Source: Podarcis muralis (Eukaryota). From it: a stretch of DNA of 64,000 nucleotides. The notes beneath the pieces are model-generated. The model searched no databases and had not been told where the DNA came from. It worked only from the letters and a program-made list of their open reading frames with translations. Made by a program: the position numbers and the translations under genes. Below are positions 55,315 through 64,000 of the stretch, in pieces. Within the stretch, counting starts at the first letter, position 1. Each line of letters opens with the position of its first letter. The stretch covers positions 17,112,001-17,176,000 of the forward strand of contig NC_135667.1 of NCBI RefSeq assembly GCF_964188315.1, given 5' to 3'.

Positions 55315-58091
55315 CTGTGTCTGGTGGGGTAACAAGGAAATGGTAGTGATTGGAAAGGGGTTGATTGGTCTGTGTCACTCACCGTCCTTTGTGTCCTCAA
55401 GCCACCCTTACCCAAAACTTAAATTGGTAGTAAAAGGTAAAGGTAAAGGTACCCCTGCCCGTATGGGCCAGTCTTGCCAGACTCTAGGGTTGTGCGCCCA
55501 TCTCACTCAAGAGGCCGGGGGCCAGCGCTGTCCGCAGACACTTCCGGGTCACGTGGCCAGTGTGACATCGCTGCTCTGGCAAGCCAGAGCCGCACACGGA
55601 AACGCCGTTTACCTTCCCGCTAGTAAGCGGTCCCTATTTATCTACTTGCACCCAGGGGTGCTTTCGAACTGCTAGGTTGGCAGGTGCTGGGACCGAGCGA
55701 CGGGAGCGAACCCCGCCGCGGGGATTCGAACCGCCGACCTTTCGATCGGCAAGTCCTAGGCGCTGAGGCTTTTACCCACAGCGCTACCCGCGTCCCTAAA
55801 TTGGTAGTAGTAGTGGAAAATCTTTTGATTCTCCACATGGCACTGAACTACAACTCCCATCATCTAGGTGTGGGTGTGTCTGTTCCTCAAGATACAACTT
55901 ACTGTTCTTTTCAACTTTTCTCTTTTGGTAGGAAAAAATCAAATCGTCCTACCTTCTGTATGGGGTGCGAGGCCCTGGCGGCTGCACCCTACTAATTGAG
56001 ATGCTGACGGACAATACGAAAAGGTCCTTCAATGAAATCCGGCATCTTCTGAACAAACACGGGTTAGTGTGGGGGTGAAGTGGTCGGCTGGGGGTGGGGA
56101 CCACATCTGGCTTGCAGTGGTTGAGAGGGTCTTACTGGGTTGGAGGAGAGGGTTCTGGATTATTTGCTTCCCGGTGGTCACAGTGCGGCTTTTCTGGATT
56201 CCCTTTGGACTGGAGAAGTTCAAGCATTCCCCATCATATGGCGATGGCGGACAGCAGATGTTGGCTGGTCCTTCTCCTCCGTGTTCCCCACCGTCCCAAC
56301 CTCTTACTTGTTGGTGCTGAATCTCCAACGGCTCCTTGACTCAGGCAGATTCCCCATGCATTTCAGTGTTGCAGCTGCAAACATTCAACTCCAATGCTTA
56401 GAGGGCTGTGGGGCTGGGATATCAGGGGCAGGACAGAGGCGGTGGAGACAACACATCCTTGCTCTCCCCACCTCATCTCTACATGATGGGGAACATGTGA
56501 GGAAGATTCTGTGTCCAGGGCAGCTGTCTACCAGCTCCATCTGGTACGCAGGCTGAGACTCTACCTGCCTGCAGACTGTCTTGCCAAAGTGTTGCATGCT
56601 CTGGTTATCTCCCCCTTGGACTACTGCAATGCGCTCTACATGGGGCTACCTTTGAAGGTGACCCGGAAACTGCAACTAATTCAGAATGCAGCAGCTAGAC
56701 TGGTGACTGGGAGTGGCCGTTGAACTACATTGGCTCCCAGTACATTTCCGAGCACAATTCATAGTGTTGGTGCTCACCTTTAAAGCCCTGAACAGCCTCG
56801 ACCCAGAATACCTGAAGGAGCATCTCCACCCCCATCGTTCAGCCCGGACACTGAGGTCCAGCTTCGAGGGCCTTCCGGCAGTTCCCTCACTGCAAGATGT
56901 GAAGCTGCAGGGAACCAGGCAGAGGCCTTCTTGGTAGTGGCACCCACCCTGTGGAACACCCTCCCACCAGATGTCAAGAAAATAAACAACTACAGAAGAC
57001 ATCTGAAGGCAGCCCTGTTTAGGGAATTTTTTAATGTTTGATGTTTTATTGTGCTTTTAATATTCTGTTGGAAGCCACCCAGAGTGGCTGGGGAAACCAT
57101 GGGTCTCCTACTGGGTCTCCCATCTGTGACCTTTGGCTCTACTGGCTGGGGCTTATAGGAGCTGGCATTCAGAGTGTGTCAAAATGCCAGCCTTGCCCAA
57201 CCTGATGCCCTTGAGACATTTTCAACTCCAGTTACCATCTACTGCCAGCCAGCATGACTGCTTTGGCTGGGGCTTATGGGAGTTGTACTCCAAAGTACTT
57301 GGAAGCCTCTGGGTTGGGGAAGCCTGCAATAAGGGGTGTTTTGGTTGGGGTTTTTTAGTTTCTCTCTGGGAGGAGAGGAATGTACTCTAGTAAGTTGAAG
57401 GTGGGACCATAGGAACCTGATTTCTCTGGGAAGAACATGGTTAAATAATGTGTGTATGATACAGGACTGAGGCCTGCACGTCAGGCATGAGTTCTGTATG
57501 CAGCCTCTGAGCAAACCATATTCCCGCACTGCTTCTAGTTTTGAACGTCACTATCACTTAATGTCTGTGCTGGGGGGCGGGCGGATTGCTGCCCCCCACT
57601 TTGTGTTCCCTGCAGAGGACAACTTGTCGACGGGGCCCAACATAACTTTGAGAAGAAGGGCGTTGTCACGGTGAGCAGCGAGAACCGGTCCGGCAGCACC
57701 ATCACCTTGGACCAGGCCCTGGAGCTGGCTATCGAGGCTGGAGCGGAAGATGTCCAAGAGGAGGAAGATGAGAACGAGAAGATGCTTCTGAAGGTGAGAG
57801 GCAGGTTTCTCATGCAGCTGCACTACCGTGTTCGAGTCTGCGAAGCGTTTGCAGCTGAATGCCTTTCTTCTTTTGCCCCCTTCTGCCCAGTTCGTTTGCT
57901 CTGTGCCAACATTGCGCCAGGTCCGTGAAAAGCTCGACTCGCTGGGCCTCTGTTCTGTCTCTGCCGGCCTCGAGTTCATCCCGACCGTCAGCACCCAGTT
58001 ATCGGACGAGGAGATGGATCAGGCGTCGCGGCTGCTGGAGGCTCTGCGGGACAACCTGGATGTCGTCCGGGTGTACGACAATATTGCATAG
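54128..58091 (+). CDS. TACO1: Translational activator of cytochrome c oxidase 1 (YebC/PmpR family, mitochondrial), 277 aa
   Basis: Exons 54128-54344, 55103-55209, 55932-56062, 57616-57793 and 57891-58091 total 834 nt in frame. A presequence-like N-terminus is followed by [43 protein letters not shown] and DVVRVYDNI motifs. 5'UTR acceptor at 54086. Confidence 0.92.
55287..55320. repeat. (GT)n microsatellite
   Basis: Direct reading. A similar (CA)n tract lies at about 27819-27838. Confidence 0.9.
55433..55796 (-). mobile_element. Young Sauria-type SINE in TACO1 intron
   Basis: Perfect 13-bp TSD TAAATTGGTAGTA at 55420-55432 and 55797-55809. Same subfamily as the copy at 44976. Confidence 0.85.
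56505..57098 (+). mobile_element. L2-clade LINE fragment (degenerate RT C-terminus)
   Basis: [39 protein letters not shown] and [25 protein letters not shown] motifs in broken frames. Confidence 0.85.
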
Positions 58092-59570
58092 ATTGATGAG
58101 CCTCCCTGGAGAACCTCTCTCGGCATCAGCGGGAGCGGCAGAAGACTGCTATAAGCTGCGGCCTGATGTGCACCATGTCAGAAGCCTTGCTGCAAGGTCA
58201 AATTTGAGGTACCTTTTCTGAGCAGTTAAGTTTGGCAGCCAGGAATGAGGGTTACTGTGCTGCTGACTTTTCTCTCATAGTTAATGGTACCTTACCTGGA
58301 GGCAGGCCCACACGGTGAGCAAAATCTAAGGGGCCCTCGAGCAGCTGTGGATGTCAAGTGAGCACTCTGGCAAGGCTGGATTCTGGCCCTGTTTTGCACA
58401 CTTCTTCTGCTGGAAAATCCAAGGAGTGTTCACTACAAAGGCCTCCTCCTTGAAGCCGCAACGTTCTCTGGAGTTCCAGTACTGAAGCAAGGTCCATGGA
58501 CTTTTAGTCATGAGGTTATTCATGAGCCAGCAATGGCATAGTTACTGAATGCCTCACTACCTCACCACCTGACTCGATGCCCAAATGATCCAAATGGGAT
58601 TTTTATGTTTTCTCTGGCATTGTTTGGAGGTGGGTGTGATTGCTCAATAACCCTGCAAGGGCAAAAACCTTTGATAACATTGCCTACTTTGTAAGAGTGA
58701 AAGGCTGCAAAGCAACGTGAGGCCGAAAGCAGGTGTCATGTTTTTAAGTGTGGTGGAAGCAGTCTGAAAGCTCACATGTATTTTGCCTTGGAAGACATTT
58801 GTTGTCAAGAGGCAGAAGATGGTGTGTTCAACAAGCCACAATTCATGTCTTTATCCTGAGTGTTGCCTAACGTTTGGAGAGAGGTAATTAAAGTTTTGTG
58901 TTTGCTGTAGCCTTCTGGTTCTGTTGCATAGAGCAGAAGTGGGAATAAGGAGTTTTGACTGGGAAATTTTTGCCTTGTGCCTGAATGAACTCTCTCTACA
59001 CTCCCTTCAGTGAATGCTAAAGAGAGAGTGTTTGGGAGTATGTTGGCAGCTAGTACACGTCTTCAAAACTATTTGTGTATGTTGCCAACCGTTCCCTTAT
59101 TAATGTGTGTAAATGTACTCTCTGCACTTGAGGCTGCTGCCCTTTTGGTATTTGTTTGGTGGCTGCGCATACGAATGTGTGATATTAACAGGTGGATACC
59201 TGCATGCCTGCATTTTAAGCATCTCCCTGTGCCTGCATTGGGTGCATGTGAGAGTGTGGATTTCACTGGACGTCTACCAGTGCCTCACTATGTGAAAATT
59301 AACTCCTTCGTCTCTTTCCAAGTACCCGTCCTTTCAGTCTCTCCGTGTTTATGTACTGTGGCTTTTACACGCTAGCTCTACGCTATACACTGTCATTTTG
59401 TGAAGAACCTACAGAATTCACAGTACACCTGCGAAACTACAAAAAAAATAACCTACTACAAAGAGTGGGAACATATTTCTGCATCAATGTGCTCTGGTTC
59501 AGGATGGCAGTGTGTGTTTTTTGGCAGAAGCTGTGTCAGCCATTTTAGTCTGAAACTGGTTTTTGTTATA

Positions 59571-59788
59571 CAGTGGCACCTCGGGTTAAGTACTTAATTC
59601 GCTCTGGAGGTCCGTTCTTAACCTGAAACTGTTCTTAACCTGAGGCACCACTTTAGCTAATGGGGCCTCCTGCTGCCGCTGCTGCACGATTTCTGTTCTC
59701 ATCCTGAAGCAAAGTTCTTAACCTGAGGTACTATTTCTGGGTTAGCGGAGTCTGTAACCTGAAGCGTATGTAACCCGAGGTACCACTG
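59571..59788. mobile_element. Tc1/mariner (Tigger-like) MITE
   Basis: TA-flanked CAGTGGCACCTCGGGTTA / TAACCCGAGGTACCACTG. Confidence 0.8.
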
Positions 59789-60625
59789 TATATATATATA
59801 GTATGTACCATTAAAACAAAGCCCACTGCTTCCTACCCTGAAAAAAGCCAGCCCTCCCAACTATTGCCAAAATCTGACCAAAACTGGGAGATTGTGGAGG
59901 CCAAGAAGTCAACAAGAGAGAATCCTTTAATGGAACTGTGTTCTCACATACCTGATCTCAAAGAGTCCTGCAGGCAGGGGCAAAATTTCAAACAGCTTTA
60001 TTACAAACAGATTTCACTGATGAGTCCTGTACACAAGCCTCTTATCATACAGGCCCAAGAAAGTAGAAGAACCTGTCACAATGCTTTGTTCAGTCGCCAT
60101 CAGCTCCTCCTCCGATGCAGATGTCTCTTTGTAGAGAGTTAAGCATGCCCACATGATTCTGCCAATACTGGCCTAATTCTGCTCCGGCTTGACCCAAGGA
60201 AACCCCCAACCATTAGTGACAGTGATTTTCATTAAAGCAGAAACACCGAAAGAAGAAAATTGACAAGCAATCATTTGAAGTACTTATTTCAATAGTGTGT
60301 GTGAATGTAAATACATGGCTACTCCAGGGGAGAGACAGCCAACACATTGCCCTCCAGGTGCTGTTAAGACTGCAATTCCTATCATGCCTGATCATTGGCC
60401 ATACTAGCTCAGGCTGATGGGAGCTGTAGTCCAACCGCATCTGCAGGGCACCACATTGGCTACCCCTGTTAGGGTGTCTCCATGCAAACTGATGCCCATG
60501 AAGAATAAAAGAGACAGCTCCAGCTTCAAAGCAGAACTAGCAGTTTATGACATCTATGCAGTTGCAGCTACTAGAAAACTCAGGTGGAATAATGGACGGC
60601 TCCGGCCTGTGGCCTCCGGCCCAAT

Positions 60626-61648
60626 TCAGTCAGTGTCACTCTCTGGGCTTTGGGGGATGGGGGACCCTCCTGAGGGAGCGCAGGGCAGAAAAAGTTCTGC
60701 ATATCCGTTGCCGCTCGGTGGGGAAGGGGTGGCGGTGGGGAAGTCCAGGCCCACAGGCCCAGCCAGGCCTTGGCTTTGGAAAGCCTCATAGTCAGTCCCA
60801 GGGTTTCCTGGGGGCAACCCCTCAGGAGGGGGGCCATCCGCTTGGCGGCACACCTCAAAGCGCAGCCAGCGGTACCCGGTGCACTTGCGAGCTCCTGGGC
60901 AGCTCTGGATGAGGTGCTGAATGGCCGGGTGGGAGAGGCCAAAGAACTCGGCCCCTGCCGGCTCAAGCTGCGCTGCTCCCACAGCCTCCAGAAGCTGAGC
61001 GTGGCAGGCGTCAGGAGTGGAGCCAGCGAACACGCAGCCCGGCTCGTCCTCAGGGGCAATCTCAAAGTGCGGCCTGCCACCGCCGTCCTTGATCTGGCAG
61101 GTGTAGAGGCAGCGGTGGACTGGTCTGCGGGTGCTGGCGAAGATCCTGGTGCTGCAGTAACCGACGGGATAGATGGCCGTCTCTGTGTGGAAGCCTGGGC
61201 GGTCGGGAACAATTTCCCCCAAGCTGTAGACGGTCAGTGGACCCAACACAATGGGTAAAACCGGCCGCCCGGAAGGATCCAAGGGAAGCGGCGGAACCAG
61301 CCGGCGGACGCTGAGATCGGGGGCCGCCCTGCGCTTGGAGGCCCGGCCGTTCTCTTTGCCTTTGCGTTCCCGACGGGGCTTGCGGGCAGCCGGCTCATCC
61401 GGCGAGGGCTGCGAAGCGGAAGCGACGGCCGGCAGAGGAGGCTCGTCTTCCGCCAGGGCTTGCGCTTGCAACAGGCGAGCGAGCAGGAACCGGCGCTCTT
61501 CCCGGACACGCAGGTATTTCGCCTCGAGCCTGGCAATCTCGTCGCACAGAGCGGCGTTCTCGTAAACCAGCACTTTGGCCGCACGGCGCAGGCGCCGGAA
61601 TTTCAGGCGGTAACGCTCGCCTTGGTTTTTGCGTAGGGTTTTCTTCAT
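60626..61648 (-). CDS. TBRG1: TBRG1 (NIAM)-like protein with FYRN/FYRC domains, intronless CDS, 340 aa
   Basis: Single ORF from GCCATG at 61648 to TGA at 60626. MKK...YRLKFRRLRRAAKVLVYENAALCDEIARLE coiled coil; LDPSGRPVLPIVLGPLTVYSLGEIVPDRPGFH...IYPVGYCSTR (FYRN); YTCQIKDGGGRPHFEI...GAEFFGLSHPAIQHLIQSCPGARKC (FYRC). Acceptor at 61683. Minus-strand AATAAA at 59997-60002. Orthologue versus retro-paralogue is unresolved. Confidence 0.85.
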   Translation of the reverse strand: MKKTLRKNQGERYRLKFRRLRRAAKVLVYENAALCDEIARLEAKYLRVREERRFLLARLLQAQALAEDEPPLPAVASASQPSPDEPAARKPRRERKGKENGRASKRRAAPDLSVRRLVPPLPLDPSGRPVLPIVLGPLTVYSLGEIVPDRPGFHTETAIYPVGYCSTRIFASTRRPVHRCLYTCQIKDGGGRPHFEIAPEDEPGCVFAGSTPDACHAQLLEAVGAAQLEPAGAEFFGLSHPAIQHLIQSCPGARKCTGYRWLRFEVCRQADGPPPEGLPPGNPGTDYEAFQSQGLAGPVGLDFPTATPSPPSGNGYAELFLPCAPSGGSPIPQSPESDTD

Positions 61649-63149
61649 GGCAAGGGGGGTGGGCAGGATGGAAGGGGGCTCACTTGAGCAGAGAAAAGCT
61701 GGGGAGGAGAAAAGATTCAAGAAGCAATTCAAACATTAACACACACACGCACACAAAAATCATACAAACATTTCCAGCTCAATATTATCCCCAGGATCAG
61801 AGTGAATAATCATCTTTCATAATGCTAAAAAGGCTCAGATACACATTCAGATGAACAGTATACACCTTGGGTGTACTGCTATCCCTAAATCCAGGCACTA
61901 GAATGTTTTTGTACCTTCAGGGGTGCCTGAAATTATGCTCAAAAGTACATAGGATCTTTTTCTCTCTCTAACTGGATCTTCACCTGCACATGATACAGAA
62001 GGATCACTGTGGGTTCTTAGCAGCATCTGCTCAAAGAATCTCCTACAAGGAAATTGCATGAGTTTTCCATTCCGACATTTCCATCCCATTTTGCTACCAT
62101 TTCCCTCCGGTAGCAGTAAAATATTATGGGATTTTAAGAGGCATGACTTCCTGGCCAGTTTCTTATTTTAGTTATTAAAAGCATCAAACAAAGGGCAGGC
62201 AGTTCTGTAGCAGTGGGGTAAACTGGAGTAATAGAAAATATTAAACACAACCTCCATAAAACTAGGAGTACTTAGCAAAGCTCCTCTCCGGAATGGAAAT
62301 GGAATGAGGAAGCCGTAGCCAAAGAATTTAGAGAGCTTTGACAGCAATTGATAAAATTATGTATAGCAAGGATGGGGAACCTCCAGAGGTTGCTGAACTG
62401 TAACCATAATCTCTGGCCATTGATCACATTGGCTGAGGGCTGAAGGGAACTAGAGTGCAATATCCGGAGAGCCACAGGTTTCCCCATTCTGATATGTAGT
62501 GTGGATATGTGTTTTCCCACATCCCTGTTCCATATTACACCATACCGCCCTGTGATCCTCAGATGAAGGGTGGTAAAAACAAGAACTCAGGGTGATTCAG
62601 TGAAATGTACTGGCAGTAGGATCATGACAGATCAGGTGACTGGCCCATCTAGTCTAGCATCATGGAAGGTATTTGTCCTATACACACACGTCATACATGT
62701 AAAGCACATGCAACACACGTTTACAGCTCATGGCTCCCACCCCTAAGAATCCCCCGAGTTAAGGGTGCTGGGAACTGCAGCTTTGCAAGGGTAAAACTAC
62801 AACTCCCGGGTTTGTTTTTTTGAGATGCCGCATGTTTTAAACGCATGGTGTGGCTCTGTCGTCTAAGTTTTACTCAAGGCAGACCCAGTGAAATTAATGG
62901 GCATGACGAAGCTAGGGCGCGTTCATTTCAACAGGCCTACTCCTGAGCAAAACTTAGTTGCCTACCATCCCTGCTCTCACAGCGGCCAGCCAGATGCAAG
63001 CCTAAAGCAGCACCGAGTTGCAATTTATGCTTGCAACTTATGCTGAATTTGGGGCGACACATGCAGCGCTTTTGCCAAGGAAGCGGCTTCAAATGATGCA
63101 ACTGCCTGCAAACAATCGATGCTCAGCCACGGGACCCCCCCCCCATTCC

Positions 63150-63560
63150 CCTCTTTCATTTGCAGCCCCCCAGCTTCTCACCCAAACGTTGCTGCTGCTG
63201 CTGCTGCTCCCTTTGCTCTCCCGGAAGCTCTGGCGGGGACCGGAAGCTTCCCTGCGCCGCGCGCGCCGCCTGCGTAACCCTTTCCTCCCTGGACAAAAGG
63301 ACAGCCTGTTTTCCAATCAGGAAGGGCGGGGGGGGATCGAGGAGGGGTCGCCAACCTTTTGCTTCGGACGGGGCATCAGCGGGGTAACAATGTCAGAATG
63401 TGGTCTGAAAGGTCCTGAGCGATGCTGGTCACAGTGCGAAAAGCCCTCCTCGTTGCGCCTGGCGCACCTCGTGCTCCCTCTGCGGAGTGGGAGCCAGCCC
63501 TGCACTGCTGCTGCATCGCTGTCTCTCTAGGCCGGAGAAAAGTCATATCCCTACGCCTGC
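63150..63560. promoter_or_regulatory. CpG island, candidate promoter and non-coding exon 1 of the TBRG1-like gene
   Basis: Minus-strand donor TGG|GTGAGA at 63182/63181 and a (CAG)6 tract at 63191-63208. Two CCGGAAG ETS sites (about 63220 and 63240), a GCGC-rich tract at 63254-63272, CCAAT at about 63313 and a GC box at about 63324. Confidence 0.6.
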
Positions 63561-64000
63561 TGAATAGCACAGGAGCCCCATCAGGAGACAAAATCTGCAA
63601 CTGGATTCTCGGAAGGGGTTAGGGAGGGAAGCCAGAATTCCGGCTGAGAAGGAAGTGGGGAGTCTTATTTACCAAGGGGGGTGGTACCAGGTTCAAGTCC
63701 TGGCATCTCAGGTACTCCTGGGAGAGGCCCCTGCCTGAAACCCTGGAGAGCTCCCGCAATCCGTGTTGACAGTATTGAGCGAGACGGACCAATGGCCTGA
63801 TTCACTTTTCCATTTTTTCCCTATGAGGTGTGCAACATGCTAACAAACACTGCCTTGTTTCATGTTAAATGTCACCAGAGCTAGGGGGAAATGGCCGTAC
63901 AAATCCTCCTCAAAATCCTCTCCTGCAAAATTTCGTGCCAAACATGTTACTATTTTTCCCCCCGACATCCTAACACTGACTTTCAGCGACATCTGATGGT

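Noticed and set aside
60580-61584. Several long ORFs overlapping the TBRG1-like CDS (210, 162, 121, 116 and 104 aa)
   Set aside because: Expected stop-poor frames in very GC-rich coding DNA; no recognisable domains.
60626-61732. INO80E (a 16p11.2 gene with a similar N-terminal coiled coil), and the longer 368-aa ORF start
   Set aside because: FYRN/FYRC motifs identify TBRG1. The upstream extension crosses a splice acceptor at 61683 and begins at a non-ATG codon.

Overview
Vertebrate genomic DNA, not prokaryotic. The repeat complement (Sauria-type SINEs, CR1, L2, L1, hAT and Tc1/mariner MITEs) indicates a squamate reptile, most likely a lacertid lizard (inference). By hand-splicing GT-AG exons I reconstructed seven intact genes: MAPK3/ERK1 (-, 8 coding exons, 376 aa), CORO1A (+, 10 coding exons, 461 aa), BOLA2 (-, 91 aa), SLX1 (+, 265 aa), a SCAN plus 3xC2H2 zinc-finger gene (-, about 463 aa), TACO1 (+, 277 aa) and a TBRG1-like gene with an intronless coding sequence (-, 340 aa). 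The last three exons of an unidentified + strand gene lie at the left edge. MAPK3-CORO1A-BOLA2-SLX1 has the same order and orientation as human 16p11.2, but synteny breaks after SLX1. The most interesting observations are: (1) the SCAN gene keeps an apparently complete two-lobed Gypsy/Gmr1-type Gag capsid and may have an alternative last exon giving a finger-less, capsid-only isoform; (2) a probable intact TBRG1 retrogene with an acquired 5'UTR intron and CpG promoter; (3) the unidentified gene convergent with MAPK3; (4) a solo LTR with a 5-bp target-site duplication in a SLX1 intron that supplies a stop codon and a polyA signal; (5) a U12-type donor and an ERK1c-like intron-retention possibility in MAPK3; (6) several nested transposon insertions with target-site duplications. 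All coordinates were read by eye. No database searches were run, so repeat family names and protein identities rest on recalled motifs.
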